A DNA stretch of 64,000 nucleotides from Actinomycetales bacterium (GCA_038206105.1 JBBRBF010000001.1:268-64267); one strand, 5' to 3'; counted from the stretch's first letter, positions 45,413 through 56,454 are shown. The notes: generated by a model not told the origin, from the letters alone. Translations and numbers: made by a program.

Positions 45413-45538
45413 CGTGCTGCCTCCCGTCCGGACTCTCACCGTCGGTCCCGGAGTTCCACCGGGTCAACCGGCCGATGGCTTCGGCCGGGTCGCGGACTGT
45501 CACCGCCGGCTGGGACTTCCACCCAACCCCGGAGCACG
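45413..45538 (-). promoter_or_regulatory. FMN riboswitch (RFN element)
   Basis: The minus-strand RNA reads CGUGCUCCGGGGUUGGGUGGAAGUCCCAGCCGGCGGUGACAGUCCGCGACCCGG...GGUUGACCCGGUGGAACUCCGGGACCGACGGUGAGAGUCCGGACGGGAGGCAGCACG. It contains the conserved RFN core blocks and a closing P1 helix, and lies 164 nt upstream of ribE. Confidence 0.85.
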
Positions 45539-45581
45539 CGCAGTCGTTCTCTCCGCCGGCCAGTCTGCCACGCCGAGGGGG

Positions 45582-47039
45582 TCAGGTGGTGGCGAGGGCA
45601 CCGACCGGGTCGGCGTCGAACGGGCCCACCACGACGAGCGAGCGGGGCCGCTGCCACAGCGTGGTCGCGAGGTCACGCACCTGGTCGGCGGTGACCGCCC
45701 GCATCCGGGCCAGCGACTCGTCGAGCCCGGTGTACTCCCCGTGCACGAGCTCGGCCTTGCCGAGCCGCGTCATCCGCGCGCCGGTGTCCTCCATGCCGAG
45801 GACCATCGAGCCGCAGACCTGGCCGATCCCCCGCGTCAGCTCCTCGTCGGTGATCCCGTCGGTGGCCATCAGGCGCCACTGCTGCTGCAGCAGGTCGACC
45901 ACCTCGGCGACCTTCGCCGGGGCGCAGCCCGCGTACAGCCCGAAGTAGCCCGAGTCCGCGTACCCCGCGCCGAAGGAGTACACCGAGTACGCCAGGCCCC
46001 GCTTCTCTCGGACCTCCTGGAACAGCCGGCTGCTCATGCCGCCGCCGAGGACGGCGTTGAGCACCGTCATCGCGTAGCGCCGCTCGTCGGTGGCGACGAG
46101 ACCGAGGCCGCCCACCAGCAGGTTCGCCTGCTCCGTGGCCCGCCGGACCGTCAGGACCCGCCCCGGGCCGCCCCCGGCCGGCTCGGTGGCCACGACGCGC
46201 CGAGGGCGCGGCGACCCGTCGGGGTCGGCCGGCCAGCCGGCGCGGGCCAGCGACGACTCGACGAGCCCGCAGACCGTGTCGTGGTCGAGGCCCCCGGCGG
46301 CGGTGACCACGAGCGTCTCCGGCTGGTAGTGCTGGCCGTAGTGCTCCCGGATCGCCGCGGCCGGCACGTCGCGGATCGCCTGCGGCGTGCCGCCGATCGG
46401 GCGCCCGAGCGGGTGGTCACCCAGGACGGCCTCGGCAAAGCGCTCGTGGACGACGTCCGCGGGGTCGTCCTCGTTCATCGCCAGCTCCTCGAGGATCACC
46501 CCCCGCTCCCCCTCGAGCTCGCCGGCGTCCAGGGACGCCGACGTGACCATGTCGGTGATGACGTCCACGGCCATCGGCAGGTCGGCGTCCAGCACCCGCG
46601 CGTAGTAGCAGGTGTGCTCCTTGCCGGTGGCGGCGTTGGCCTCGCCTCCGACCTCGTCGAAGGCGGTCGCGATGTCCATCGCGGACCGGGTCGGCGTGCC
46701 CTTGAACAGCAGGTGCTCGAGGAAGTGCGTGGAGCCGTGGTGGCCCGACGCCTCGTCGCGGGAGCCGACCCCGACCCAGGCCCCCACCGTCACCGAGCGC
46801 AGTCCCGGCACGGTCTCGGTGAGCACCCGGACGCCGCCGGGCAGCACGCTGCGGCGCACCACGGCGCCGGCGGAGGACCCGACGACGTGGGGCTGCCCCC
46901 GACCGGCCGCGCCGGGGCCGGTCAGGGGCAGGGGCACGGCCGTCCCGGGACCGCCCTCTCCGGCGGCCCCGGGCGCCTGCGCGCCCTCGGGACGGGTCGT
47001 ACCGTGCTGCTGGTGCTGGTGCTGCTGGGGAGGCGTCAC
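45582..47039 (-). CDS. M16 family zinc metallopeptidase (PepR-like)
   Basis: Inverted zinc motif GSTHFLEHLLFKG. The gene follows pnp with a 1-nt gap. Confidence 0.8.
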   Translation of the reverse strand: MTPPQQHQHQQHGTTRPEGAQAPGAAGEGGPGTAVPLPLTGPGAAGRGQPHVVGSSAGAVVRRSVLPGGVRVLTETVPGLRSVTVGAWVGVGSRDEASGHHGSTHFLEHLLFKGTPTRSAMDIATAFDEVGGEANAATGKEHTCYYARVLDADLPMAVDVITDMVTSASLDAGELEGERGVILEELAMNEDDPADVVHERFAEAVLGDHPLGRPIGGTPQAIRDVPAAAIREHYGQHYQPETLVVTAAGGLDHDTVCGLVESSLARAGWPADPDGSPRPRRVVATEPAGGGPGRVLTVRRATEQANLLVGGLGLVATDERRYAMTVLNAVLGGGMSSRLFQEVREKRGLAYSVYSFGAGYADSGYFGLYAGCAPAKVAEVVDLLQQQWRLMATDGITDEELTRGIGQVCGSMVLGMEDTGARMTRLGKAELVHGEYTGLDESLARMRAVTADQVRDLATTLWQRPRSLVVVGPFDADPVGALATT

Positions 47040-47040
47040 C

Positions 47041-49284
47041 TCAGGCGTCGACGCGGGAGTCGGACGCGGCGTCCACGTCGGTCTCCTCGCCGGACCCCTC
47101 GACGACGGGTACCAGCGACAGCTTGCCGCGCGGGTCGATCTCGGCGATCTCGACCTGGACCTTCTGGCCCACGCCGACGACGTCCTCGACGTTGTCGACC
47201 CGCTTGCCGCCGACCATCTGGCGCATCTTCGAGATGTGCAGCAGCCCGTCCTTGCCCGGCGTCAGGGAGATGAACGCGCCGAACGCGGTCGTCTTGACGA
47301 CCGTGCCGACGTAGCGCTCCCCCACCTCCGGCATCTGCGGGTTGGCGATCGCGTTCACCATCGTCCGGGCGGCCTCGGCGGACGGCCCGTCGACCGCGCC
47401 GATGTACACCGTGCCGTCGTCCTCGATCGAGATCTGGGCGCCGGTGTCCTCCTGGATCTGGTTGATCATCTTGCCCTTCGGCCCGATCACCTCGCCGATC
47501 TTGTCGACCGGCACCGTCACCGAGATCACGCGCGGCGCGGTCGGCGACATCTCGTCGGGCGCGTCGATGGCCTCGGCCATCACGTCGAGGATGTGCAGCC
47601 GGGCCTCGCGGGCCTGGGTGAGCGCGCTCGCGAGCACCGACGCGGGGATGCCGTCGAGCTTGGTGTCGAGCTGGATCGCGGTGACGAGCTCCTTGGTGCC
47701 GGCGACCTTGAAGTCCATGTCACCGAACGCGTCCTCGGCGCCGAGGATGTCGGTGAGCGCGGCGTACCGGGTCTGGCCGTCGACGGTGTCGGTGACCAGG
47801 CCCATCGCGATGCCGGCCACCGGCGCCTTGAGCGGCACGCCCGCGTTCAGCAACGACATCGTGGAGGCGCAGACCGAGCCCATCGACGTCGACCCGTTGG
47901 AGCTCAGGGCCTCCGAGACCTGCCGGATGGCGTACGGGAAGTCCTCGCGGCTCGGCAGGACCGGCTCGATGGCCCGCTCGGCCAGGGCGCCGTGGCCGAT
48001 CTCACGCCGCTTCGGCGAGCCGACGCGACCGGTCTCGCCGGTGGAGAACGGCGGGAAGTTGTAGTTGTGCATGTAGCGCTTGCGCTTCACCGGGCTGAGC
48101 GTGTCGAGCTGCTGCTCCATCCGGAGCATGTTCAGCGTCGTGACCCCGAGGATCTGGGTCTCGCCGCGCTCGAACAGTGCCGAGCCGTGCACCCGCGGGA
48201 GCACGTCGACCTCGGCGGACAGCTCGCGGATGTCGCGCAGCCCGCGGCCGTCGATGCGCACCTCGTCGCGCAGGATCCGCTGACGCACCAGCGTCTTCGT
48301 CAGCGCACGGTAGGCGGCGCCGATCTCCTTCTCCTTGCCCTCGAAGCGCTCGGCGAGCTGCTCGCGCACCGACGCCTTGATCTCGTCGAGGCGCGCCTCG
48401 CGCTCGGCCTTGCCCCCGATGGACATGGCGGCGGCGACGTCGTCGCCTGCGGCCTGCGTGACGGCCTCGAGCACGTCGTCGGTGTAGTCGAGGAAGCGCG
48501 GGAACTCCCGGGTCTCCTTGGCCGCCGACGCGGCGAGCTCGGACTGTGCGCGGCACAGCTCGGCGATGAACGGCTTGGCGGCCTCGAGCCCCTGCGCCAC
48601 GACCTCCTCGGTCGGTGCCGGGGCGCCGGCGGCGACCATGTCGAGGGCCTTCGTGCTGGCCTCGGCCTCCACCATCATGATCGCGACGTCGGCGTCGTCC
48701 CCGGAGCCCACCACGCGACCGGCGACGACCATGTCGAAAACGGCCCGCTCGAGCTCGGAGTGGCGCGGGAAGGCGACCCACTGGCCGTCGATGAGAGCGA
48801 CGCGCACGCCGCCGACCGGGCCGGAGAACGGCAGGCCGGACAGCTGGGTGGAGGCGGACGCCGCGTTGATGGCGACCACGTCGTAGACGTCGTCGGGGTG
48901 CAGCGACATCACGGTGATGACGACCTGGACCTCGTTGCGCAGCCCGGAGACGAACGTCGGGCGCAGCGGGCGGTCGATGAGCCGGCAGGTGAGGATCGCG
49001 TCGGTGCTCGGCCGGCCCTCGCGGCGGAAGAACGAGCCGGGGATCTGGCCCGCGGCGTACATCCGCTCCTCGACGTCGACGGTCAGGGGGAAGAAGTCGA
49101 AGTGCTCCTTCGGGTGCTTGCCGGCGGTGGTCGCGCTCAGCAGCATCGTCTCCTCGTCGAGGTAGGCCGCGACGGAGCCGGCGGCCTGGCGGGCCAGGCG
49201 GCCCGTCTCGAAGCGGATGGTGCGGGTGCCGAACGCGCCGTTGTCGATGACGGCGGTGGCCTGGGTGTTGTCGGGTCCCTCCAC
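47041..49284 (-). CDS. pnp: Polyribonucleotide nucleotidyltransferase (PNPase)
   Basis: 747 aa with two RNase PH domains, then KH (...[12 protein letters not shown]...) and S1 (…[15 protein letters not shown]…) domains. Confidence 0.95.
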   Translation of the reverse strand: MEGPDNTQATAVIDNGAFGTRTIRFETGRLARQAAGSVAAYLDEETMLLSATTAGKHPKEHFDFFPLTVDVEERMYAAGQIPGSFFRREGRPSTDAILTCRLIDRPLRPTFVSGLRNEVQVVITVMSLHPDDVYDVVAINAASASTQLSGLPFSGPVGGVRVALIDGQWVAFPRHSELERAVFDMVVAGRVVGSGDDADVAIMMVEAEASTKALDMVAAGAPAPTEEVVAQGLEAAKPFIAELCRAQSELAASAAKETREFPRFLDYTDDVLEAVTQAAGDDVAAAMSIGGKAEREARLDEIKASVREQLAERFEGKEKEIGAAYRALTKTLVRQRILRDEVRIDGRGLRDIRELSAEVDVLPRVHGSALFERGETQILGVTTLNMLRMEQQLDTLSPVKRKRYMHNYNFPPFSTGETGRVGSPKRREIGHGALAERAIEPVLPSREDFPYAIRQVSEALSSNGSTSMGSVCASTMSLLNAGVPLKAPVAGIAMGLVTDTVDGQTRYAALTDILGAEDAFGDMDFKVAGTKELVTAIQLDTKLDGIPASVLASALTQAREARLHILDVMAEAIDAPDEMSPTAPRVISVTVPVDKIGEVIGPKGKMINQIQEDTGAQISIEDDGTVYIGAVDGPSAEAARTMVNAIANPQMPEVGERYVGTVVKTTAFGAFISLTPGKDGLLHISKMRQMVGGKRVDNVEDVVGVGQKVQVEIAEIDPRGKLSLVPVVEGSGEETDVDAASDSRVDA

Positions 49285-49289
49285 GGGTA

Positions 49290-49553
49290 CTCCGTTCGTT
49301 TCACGGAGCGCCCGGCGCGGTCACCGGTGGTGCCGTCCGGTCTTCGATCGAGGTCCACGGGCGTGGGCGCCGCGTCGGGCGCCGTCCCGGGGACCACTAC
49401 CGAGGACCGGCGCACCGGTGTCGGCCGACGCTCCTGGGTGGGTTTGTGTACCGGGGTGTCCTTCGGGTACGGGTCTTCAGTTGTGGCGCCGGCACCGACG
49501 GTGACGACGGCCCGCTGCGCGTCGGGGAGCGGACCCCGCTGGGGCCGCTCCCC
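49290..49553 (-). promoter_or_regulatory. rpsO-pnp intergenic leader with strong hairpins (Actino-pnp-type leader candidate)
   Basis: Hairpin GGGGAGCGG/CCGCUCCCC with inner CCCC/GGGG (49524-49553) lies 10 nt after the rpsO stop. Hairpin CUCCGU-GAAACGA-ACGGAG (49290-49308) has a 3' arm that contains the pnp Shine-Dalgarno GGAG. Confidence 0.45.
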
Positions 49554-49562
49554 GGCGCGGTG

Positions 49563-49832
49563 TCAGCGGCGCAGTCCGAGCCGCTCGATCAGCGAGCGGT
49601 AGCGGCTGATGTCCTTCTTCGCGACGTACTGCAGCAGCCGCCGGCGCTGCCCGACGAGGAGCAGCAGGCCCCGACGGCTGTGGTGGTCGTGCTTGTGCTC
49701 CTTGAGGTGCTCGGTGAGGTCGGTGATCCGGCGCGTGAGCATCGCGACCTGGACCTCGGGGGAACCGGTGTCGCCCTCGTGCGTGGCGTAGTCGGTCATG
49801 ATCTGCTGCTTGACGGCGGCATCCAGGGGCAC
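49563..49832 (-). CDS. rpsO: 30S ribosomal protein S15
   Basis: 89 aa from GTG 49832, preceded by AAGGAG. The [16 protein letters not shown] motif is present. Confidence 0.9.
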   Translation of the reverse strand: MPLDAAVKQQIMTDYATHEGDTGSPEVQVAMLTRRITDLTEHLKEHKHDHHSRRGLLLLVGQRRRLLQYVAKKDISRYRSLIERLGLRR

Positions 49833-49996
49833 GGTTCTCCTTGGTGGGTCGTTGCGCGGCGCTCCGGGGCAGGTCCACCCGGGCACTGTGGTTCCGCGGC
49901 CGTTCTGACGGCGACCTCACCCTACCAGCGGGGATCCCGCGCCCCGACCGTCGGCGCCGCCGGGGTCAGGGCTGCGTCCCTCGGGGTTGCTCGGGC

Positions 49997-50998
49997 TCAG
50001 TCGGGCACGAGGGCGCTGAGCACCTCGCGGCACGTCGCGACGTCCTGGGCCATCTGGGCACACAGCGCGTCGACACCGTCGAAGCGGACCGTCTCCCGCA
50101 GCCGGCGGACCAGGTCGAGCCCGATCCTCTCGCCGTACAGGTCGAGGTCGTCACGGTCCAGCACGTACGCCTCCACCCGGCGCCGGGTGCCGGGGTCGAA
50201 CGTCGGGTTCGTGCCGATCGACACGGCCGCGGGCAGCAGCCGGTCAGGTGCGCCGGCGGGCGCGTCGAGCCGCACCAGCCACCCGGCGTAGACACCGTCC
50301 GCGGGCACCATGCCCTCCACCGGGGCGCCGAGGTTGGCCGTGGGGTACCCGAGCTCGCGGCCGCGGTGGTCGCCGTGCACGACGGTGCCCGCGACGCGGT
50401 GGGGCCGGCCGAGCACCTCGGCGGCGTGGATCACGTCGCCCTCGGCGAGCAGGTCCCGGGCCCACGAGGACGACCAGCGCCGTGCCCCGTCGCCGCCCTG
50501 GCCCGGCCCGGCGACGTCCTCGAGGACGACGACCTCGAAGCCCAGGTCGGCACCGAGGGCGGCCAGCGTCGACAGCCCCGAGGGGGTGCCGTCGCCGTGG
50601 GTGCCGAAGCGCACGTCCCGCCCCGCGACCACGGCCACCGCGCCGAGCGCGTCGACCAGCACCTCGGTGACGAAGTCCTCCGCCGGCCACTGCGGCGTCC
50701 GCTCGGTGTACGGCAGCACGAGGACGGCGTCCAGCCCCACCTCCTCGAGCAGGTCGAGCCGCTGCTGCAGGCCGGTGAGCAGCGGCGCCGCGGTGGCGCG
50801 GTCCATCACGTGGGCCGGGTGGGGGTCGAACGTCACCGCCACCGCGGCCGCGTGCCGGGTGCGCGCCTGCGCGATCACCGCCGCCAGCAGGTCGCGGTGG
50901 CCCCGGTGCACGCCGTCGAAGTTGCCGATCACCACGACGGACGGCCCGTGACCTGCGGGCACGTCGGTCACGGACATCCAGCGCTGCACGCGCGCCAT
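49997..50998 (-). CDS. ribF: Bifunctional riboflavin kinase / FMN adenylyltransferase
   Basis: Starting from ATG 50998: VVVIGNFDGVHRGH, and C-terminal kinase PTANL...GVYAG...SIGTNPTF. Confidence 0.85.
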   Translation of the reverse strand: MARVQRWMSVTDVPAGHGPSVVVIGNFDGVHRGHRDLLAAVIAQARTRHAAAVAVTFDPHPAHVMDRATAAPLLTGLQQRLDLLEEVGLDAVLVLPYTERTPQWPAEDFVTEVLVDALGAVAVVAGRDVRFGTHGDGTPSGLSTLAALGADLGFEVVVLEDVAGPGQGGDGARRWSSSWARDLLAEGDVIHAAEVLGRPHRVAGTVVHGDHRGRELGYPTANLGAPVEGMVPADGVYAGWLVRLDAPAGAPDRLLPAAVSIGTNPTFDPGTRRRVEAYVLDRDDLDLYGERIGLDLVRRLRETVRFDGVDALCAQMAQDVATCREVLSALVPD

Positions 50999-51142
50999 GG
51001 TGCCAGTCGGTACCGCGCCGCCGTCCGGCCGGTTACCGGGCCACCCGGGAGCGACCGGGCCGTGGCTCCGTCCGTCGCTGGGGTCGTCGCTCGGGCCGTG
51101 GCCGGGTCGCCGCCTCGGCACCGGCTGCGTACCGTCGCACGG

Positions 51143-51568
51143 GTGATCCGCGAGAGCCGCCACGTCGAGGCCCCGGGCGACGTCGTCCACTGCCTGCTCA
51201 CCGACGTCTCGAGCTGGCCGCTGTGGTCGCCCCACGTGCTGCGGACGGACCCGGCCGACGGGTCCGTCACCCCGGGCTGGCGCGGCCGCGTCAGGCCGTG
51301 GTTCGGCCCGGCGACGACGATGGAGGTCACCGACGTCACCCCCGGAGGCGGCTTCGCCTGGCACACACGGGCGCTCGGTCACCAGCTGCGCTACGTGCAC
51401 ACCGTGAGGCCGTCGACGGCCGGCGGGTGCGACGTGGAGTTCACGGCCGAGGTGAGCGGACCCGCCGGTGACCTGGTGGAGCGGGCCGCCGCGCCGCTGT
51501 CCGCGTTCGGGCAGCGCCGCCGGCTGCAGCGGCTCGGGCTCCTGGCCGAGCGCCTCTCCCGCGGCTGA
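51143..51568 (+). CDS. SRPBCC (polyketide cyclase/dehydrase-like) family protein
   Basis: 141 aa from GTG 51143. The size and the pattern ...V..L.D...WP.W.P.V... fit START/SRPBCC proteins. This is a weak, memory-based call. Confidence 0.5.
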   Translation: MIRESRHVEAPGDVVHCLLTDVSSWPLWSPHVLRTDPADGSVTPGWRGRVRPWFGPATTMEVTDVTPGGGFAWHTRALGHQLRYVHTVRPSTAGGCDVEFTAEVSGPAGDLVERAAAPLSAFGQRRRLQRLGLLAERLSRG

Positions 51569-51577
51569 GGGCGCGAC

Positions 51578-52483
51578 TCAGTCCGGCGGCAGCACGAACA
51601 ACGGGCGGGCCACCGCTGCGCCGTCGTGCACGTCGTCGGTGAGCACGGCCAGCAGGTCGCCACCGGGGGCCAGGGCCGCGACCGGCCGGTCACCCAGGCC
51701 GCTGGCGCTGACGCTGCGACCGTGCGCAAGCCGGCGCGCCTCGTCGGCGTCGAGCTCGCGGACCGGGAAGGCGAGCCGGGCCGCCTCCGCCGGTGCCAGC
51801 GGCGCGGGGTCCTCGGCGACCTGGTCGAGGGTGCGGGCACGGTCCAGCCCGAACGGGCCCACCCGCGTCCGGCGCAGGGCGGTGAGGTGGCCGCCGACGC
51901 CGAGGTCGGCGCCGAGGTCACGCGCCAGCGCCCGCACGTAGGTGCCGCTGGAGCAGTCCACGACCACGTCGACGTCGACGACGCCGGCACCGGCGTCCTC
52001 GCCGGGCCGCACCCCGGTGACGTCCAGGGAGTGCACCGTGACCGCCCTGGCCGGGAGGTCGACGTGCTCGCCGGCGCGGACGCGCGCGTAGGACCGCCGG
52101 CCGTCCACCTTGATCGCGCTGACCGAGCTCGGGACCTGCTGCAGCTCGCCGACCAGCCGCGCCACGGCCTCGGCGAGAGCGGTGCCGTCGGCGACGCCGG
52201 TGGCGTCGGAGCGTGCGGTCACCTCGCCCTCGGCGTCGTCGGTGAGGGTGGCGACGCCGAGCCGCACAGTCGCGGCGTAGGTCTTGTCGACCCCGACGAG
52301 GAACGTCAGCAGGCGGGTCGCGCGGCCGACGCCGAGCACCAGCACGCCGGTCGCCATCGGGTCGAGGGTGCCCGCGTGGCCGACCTTGCGGGTGCCCTCG
52401 AGTCGCCGGCACCGCGCCACGACGTCGTGGCTGGTCCAGCCCTGCGGCTTGTCGACGACGAGCAGGCCGTCAGGCGCCGGCAC
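51578..52483 (-). CDS. truB: tRNA pseudouridine(55) synthase
   Basis: [17 protein letters not shown] and [18 protein letters not shown] motifs. The GTG at 52483 overlaps the rbfA 3' end. Confidence 0.85.
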   Translation of the reverse strand: MPAPDGLLVVDKPQGWTSHDVVARCRRLEGTRKVGHAGTLDPMATGVLVLGVGRATRLLTFLVGVDKTYAATVRLGVATLTDDAEGEVTARSDATGVADGTALAEAVARLVGELQQVPSSVSAIKVDGRRSYARVRAGEHVDLPARAVTVHSLDVTGVRPGEDAGAGVVDVDVVVDCSSGTYVRALARDLGADLGVGGHLTALRRTRVGPFGLDRARTLDQVAEDPAPLAPAEAARLAFPVRELDADEARRLAHGRSVSASGLGDRPVAALAPGGDLLAVLTDDVHDGAAVARPLFVLPPD

Positions 52484-52997
52484 CCGGGCCCTCGCGGTCG
52501 CCGAGGGCGCGCCCGCCGTCCGATGAGTCGTCGTCCCCCTGGTCGCCGTCTCTGGGGTCGGCGTCTGCGTCGTCGTCGGCCTCGGGGTGGCGGTAGGGGT
52601 CGGGGTCGCCGGCGTAGCGGGCAGCAGCGGCCTGCGTGGCGACCTCGGCGTCCAGCTCGGCGGCGCGACGCAGCAACCCCTCGATGTGCGCGGCGTTCTC
52701 CGGGACCGCGTCGGCGACGAGCTCCAGGGTCGGCGTGAGCCGCACGCCGGTGCGCCGTCCCACCTCGGAGCGCAGCACCCCCTTGGCGCTCTCGAGCGCG
52801 GCCGCCGACGACGAGCGGTCCTCGTCGTCGCCGAGCACGGTGTAGAAGACGGTCGCGTGCTGCAGGTCACCGGTGACCCGGGCGTCGGTGATCGTGACGA
52901 ACCCCAGCCGGGGGTCCTTGACCCGCCGCTCGAGGGTCTCGGCGACGATCACCTTGATCCGGTCGGCCAGCTTGCGCGCGCGTGCCGGGTCGCTCAC
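52470..52997 (-). CDS. rbfA: Ribosome-binding factor A, with an acidic C-terminal extension
   Basis: Starting from GTG 52997: [47 protein letters not shown]. Confidence 0.85.
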   Translation of the reverse strand: MSDPARARKLADRIKVIVAETLERRVKDPRLGFVTITDARVTGDLQHATVFYTVLGDDEDRSSSAAALESAKGVLRSEVGRRTGVRLTPTLELVADAVPENAAHIEGLLRRAAELDAEVATQAAAARYAGDPDPYRHPEADDDADADPRDGDQGDDDSSDGGRALGDREGPGAGA

Positions 52998-53013
52998 GGC
53001 GTACCCCTCTCGC

Positions 53014-53310
53014 TCACTCGTCGTCCTCGGCCAGCACGCGGGTGCGCGCCGACAACAGCTCCGCCTCGGGGTGGCCCGCCACGGCACGCTCGCACGCGGC
53101 GAGCACGTCGCGGCAGTGACCGGGGTCGGCGGCCACCACCGCGACGCCGACCTCGGCGCGGCGGTGCAGGTCGAGGTGGCCGGTCTCGGCCGCGGCCACG
53201 TCGAAACGGCGGCGCAGCTCGGCGACGACCGGGCGCACCAGCGAGCGCTTGGCCTTCAGCGACCGCACGTCCCCGAGCAGCAGGTCGAACCGGGCCGTCC
53301 CGACGAACAC
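53014..53310 (-). CDS. DUF503 (YlxP-like) protein
   Basis: 98 aa. [28 protein letters not shown]... is typical of DUF503, and the gene sits in the conserved position between infB and rbfA. Confidence 0.7.
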   Translation of the reverse strand: MFVGTARFDLLLGDVRSLKAKRSLVRPVVAELRRRFDVAAAETGHLDLHRRAEVGVAVVAADPGHCRDVLAACERAVAGHPEAELLSARTRVLAEDDE

Positions 53311-53345
53311 GCGCGTCCCTCCTGGGCCGATCTGCGCCGGTCCCC

Positions 53346-53404
53346 GGTCGGCACAGGGGTCCCCTGTGCCAACCCGGTTGGCACAGGGGCGCCCCGTGCC
53401 AACC
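53346..53404. repeat. Two tandem ~29-nt hairpin units (GGT[C/T]GGCACAGGGG..CCCC[T]GTGCCAACC)
   Basis: Read directly. Unit A (53346-53374) contains the perfect palindrome GGCACAGGGG-T-CCCCTGTGCC. Unit B (53376-53404) is an imperfect copy. The junction forms a third hairpin, GCCAAC-CCG-GTTGGC. Confidence 0.8.
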
Positions 53405-53467
53405 GGGCGGCCGGGGTCGACCGCTGGGCGCCGGGGGTGGCCCGGGCCCAGCAGCTGACCCTGGTGC

Positions 53468-56377
53468 TCAGCTGCGGGGCTTCTCCCGCATCTCGTAGGT
53501 CTCCACGATGTCGTCCACCTTGATGTCGTTGAACGTCCCGAGCCCGATACCGCACTCGTACCCGTCGCGGACCTCGGTGGCGTCGTCCTTGAACCGCCGC
53601 AGCGACTCGATCGTGAGGTTGTCGCCCACGACGACGCCGTCGCGCATCAGCCGCGCCTTGGCGTTGCGCCGGATCACACCGGTGCGCACGAGCGAACCGG
53701 CGATGTTGCCGAACTTGGAGGAGCGGAAGACCTCGCGGATCTCCGCGCTGCCAAGCTGCACCTCCTCGAACTCCGGCTTGAGCATGCCCTTCAGGGCCTG
53801 CTCGACCTCGTCGATCGCCTGGTAGATGACGCCGTAGTACCGGATGTCGACGCCCTCCCGCTCGGCGAGCGCGTCGACCCGCTCGGCGGTGCGGACGTTG
53901 AACCCGATGATGATCGCCTCGTCCACCGTGGCCAGGTTGACGTCGTTCTGCGTGATCGCGCCGACGCCGCGGTGGATGATCCGCAGGTCCACCTCGTCGC
54001 CGACGTCGATCTTCAGCAGCGCGTCCTCCAGCGCCTCCACCGAGCCGGAGACGTCGCCCTTGAGGATGAGGTTCAGCGTCTCGACCTTGCCGGCCGCGAG
54101 CGCCTCGTTCAGGTCCTCCAGGCTGATCCGCTTGCGGCGGGTCGCCAGCGACGCCGCCCGGTCGGCGGCCTCGCGCTTCTCGGAGATCTGCCGGGCGGTC
54201 CGGTCGTCCGGCGCCACGAGGAACGTGTCACCAGCGCCGGGCACCGAGTCGAGCCCGAGCACCTGCACCGGCCGGGACGGACCCGCCTCGGTGAGCGTGG
54301 CGCCGTGCTCGTCGAGCATCGCCCGGACCCGGCCGAAGCCGGTCCCCGCGACGACCGCGTCACCGACCCGCAGCGTGCCGGACTGCACCAGCACCGTGGC
54401 GACGGCGCCACGACCCTTGTCGAGGTTCGCCTCGATCGCGATACCGCGGGCGTCCTTGTCGGGGTTGGCCCGCAGGTCGAGCGCGGCGTCGGCGGTCAGC
54501 AGCACCGCCTCCAGCAGGCCCTCGATGTTCTGGCCCTGCTTCGCGGAGACGTCGACGAACATCGTGTCGCCGCCGTACTCCTCCGCGACGAGGTCGTACT
54601 CGGTGAGCTGCTGCCGGACCTTCGCCGGGTTCGCGCCCTCGACGTCGATCTTGTTGACCGCCACCACGATCGGCACGTTCGCCGCCTGCGCGTGGTTCAG
54701 CGCCTCGATCGTCTGCGGCATCACGCCGTCGTCCGCCGCGACCACGAGCACCGCGATGTCGGTGACCTTCGCACCGCGGGCACGCATGGCGGTGAACGCC
54801 TCGTGGCCCGGGGTGTCGATGAAGGTGACCGCCCGCTCGACGCCCTCGTGCTCCTTGTGCACCTGGTAGGCGCCGATGTGCTGCGTGATGCCGCCGGTCT
54901 CGCCGGCGACGACGTCCGCGGAGCGGATCGCGTCGAGCAGCTTCGTCTTGCCGTGGTCGACGTGACCCATCACGGTCACGACCGGCGGACGCGCCTCGAG
55001 CACGTCGTCGTCCTCGGCCTCGAGCTCGGCGTCGAGGTCGATGTTGAAGGCGCCGAGCAGCTCGCGCTCCTCGTCCTCCGGGGAGACGACCTGCACGTCG
55101 TAGCCCAGCTCCGAGCCCAGGGTGCGGAACGTGTCCTCGTCGAGGGACTGCGTCGCGGTCGCCATCTCACCGAGGTGGAACAGCACCGTCACCAGCGACG
55201 CCGGGTTGGCGTCGATGCGCTCGGCGAAGTCACTCAGGGAGGCGCCGCGCCGGATCCGGACGACGGTCGAGCCGTCGCCGCGGGGGACCTGGACGCCGCC
55301 GACCGACGGCGCCTGCATCGCCTCGAACTCCTGGCGCTTGGCGCGCTTGGACTTCCTCCCGCGCACCGGACGGCCGCCACCGCGGCCGAACGCACCCTGC
55401 GTGCCGCCGCGACCGCGGCTGCCCTTGCCGAAGCCGCCGCCGGGGGGACCCCCGGGCCGGCCGCCGCCGAAGCCGCCACCGCCACCGCCGCCGGGACGAC
55501 CCGGGGCGCCGCCGCGGCCACCGGGGCCGCCGCCGCGGGTCGGGGCGGCGCCAGGCCGACCTACCGCGGAGCGCCCGGGCATCATGCCGGGGTTCGGGCG
55601 GCCGGGACCGCCGGGCGCGCCGCCGGGACGCGGCGCCGGGCGGGGACCGCCGGGCCGGTCGCCCGCGGCGCCACCCTGGCGCGCCGACGCCGGTCGCGGC
55701 ATCCCCTGGCTCGTCGCGTAGGGGTTGTTGCCGGGCCGCGCACCGGGCCGCGGGGCCCCCGGACGGGGCATCCCCTGGCTCGTCGCGAACGGGTTGTTGC
55801 CCGGCCGGTTCGAGGCGGGGCGGGCGCCGGGACGCTGCGCCTCCCCGTCGTCACCCGAGCGGGCCGCCGGTGCGGCGGGCGCCTCGGGGGCCGGACGGCC
55901 CGGCGAGGGTCGGGGCGCGTCGGTGCGGGGTGCCGCCGGTGCGGACGCCGCCGCGGCGGGGGCGGCTACCTCGGGGGCCTCGGACGGCGCCGCCGGGCGG
56001 GCGGGCTCGGCGCGGGGGCCGGGGGACGGCACCTGCGGCCGCTGCGGGCCGGGGGTGACGCGCTCGCGGCGGGAAGCCGCCGGCGTCGCCTCCTCGGGGC
56101 TCGGCTGGGGGGCGCTCGGCTGGGGAGCCGCGGGCGTCGCAGTCGGCGACGGCGCGGCTGCATCGGGGGCCGGGGCGCGGCGCGCCGGGGCCTGCTTCGC
56201 GGGCGCGGCGGCTGCCGCGTCGGCGGGGAACGCGTCCTTGAGCTTGCGGACGACCGGCGGCTCGATGGTCGACGACGCCGACCGGACGAACTCACCGAGC
56301 TCCTGCAGCTTGGCCAGGACGACCTTGCTCTCGAGCCCGCGCTCCTTGGCGAACTCGTAAACCCGGACCTTTGCCAC
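53468..56377 (-). CDS. infB: Translation initiation factor IF-2
   Basis: 969 aa with a Pro/Gly/Ala-rich N-terminus, a GTPase domain ([22 protein letters not shown]) and C-terminal IF-2 domains. Confidence 0.95.
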   Translation of the reverse strand: MAKVRVYEFAKERGLESKVVLAKLQELGEFVRSASSTIEPPVVRKLKDAFPADAAAAAPAKQAPARRAPAPDAAAPSPTATPAAPQPSAPQPSPEEATPAASRRERVTPGPQRPQVPSPGPRAEPARPAAPSEAPEVAAPAAAASAPAAPRTDAPRPSPGRPAPEAPAAPAARSGDDGEAQRPGARPASNRPGNNPFATSQGMPRPGAPRPGARPGNNPYATSQGMPRPASARQGGAAGDRPGGPRPAPRPGGAPGGPGRPNPGMMPGRSAVGRPGAAPTRGGGPGGRGGAPGRPGGGGGGGFGGGRPGGPPGGGFGKGSRGRGGTQGAFGRGGGRPVRGRKSKRAKRQEFEAMQAPSVGGVQVPRGDGSTVVRIRRGASLSDFAERIDANPASLVTVLFHLGEMATATQSLDEDTFRTLGSELGYDVQVVSPEDEERELLGAFNIDLDAELEAEDDDVLEARPPVVTVMGHVDHGKTKLLDAIRSADVVAGETGGITQHIGAYQVHKEHEGVERAVTFIDTPGHEAFTAMRARGAKVTDIAVLVVAADDGVMPQTIEALNHAQAANVPIVVAVNKIDVEGANPAKVRQQLTEYDLVAEEYGGDTMFVDVSAKQGQNIEGLLEAVLLTADAALDLRANPDKDARGIAIEANLDKGRGAVATVLVQSGTLRVGDAVVAGTGFGRVRAMLDEHGATLTEAGPSRPVQVLGLDSVPGAGDTFLVAPDDRTARQISEKREAADRAASLATRRKRISLEDLNEALAAGKVETLNLILKGDVSGSVEALEDALLKIDVGDEVDLRIIHRGVGAITQNDVNLATVDEAIIIGFNVRTAERVDALAEREGVDIRYYGVIYQAIDEVEQALKGMLKPEFEEVQLGSAEIREVFRSSKFGNIAGSLVRTGVIRRNAKARLMRDGVVVGDNLTIESLRRFKDDATEVRDGYECGIGLGTFNDIKVDDIVETYEMREKPRS

Positions 56378-56454
56378 GTCTCTCCTGTCTCGGTCCGGGC
56401 CTCGGCAGGGGCGCGGACCGTCGTTAGTGCTGGGGGTTGTTCATCGCTGGGTGC

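Noticed and set aside
46612-49602. 996-aa plus-strand ORF (also 45414..47273, 53972..56479, 39943..41796, 2021..3298, 19738..22266 and similar)
   Set aside because: All are antisense to unambiguous conserved genes (pnp, M16 peptidase, infB, DUF1624, PIG-L, crtE/crtI). Their translations are Arg/Pro/Gly-rich with no motifs.
50196-50212. Second LexA-like site TCGAAC-GTCGG-GTTCGT
   Set aside because: The spacer is 5 rather than 4 nt, the last base mismatches, and the site lies inside the ribF coding region. Other TCGAAC occurrences (for example near 1855, 35335, 38030, 48170) are isolated half-sites.
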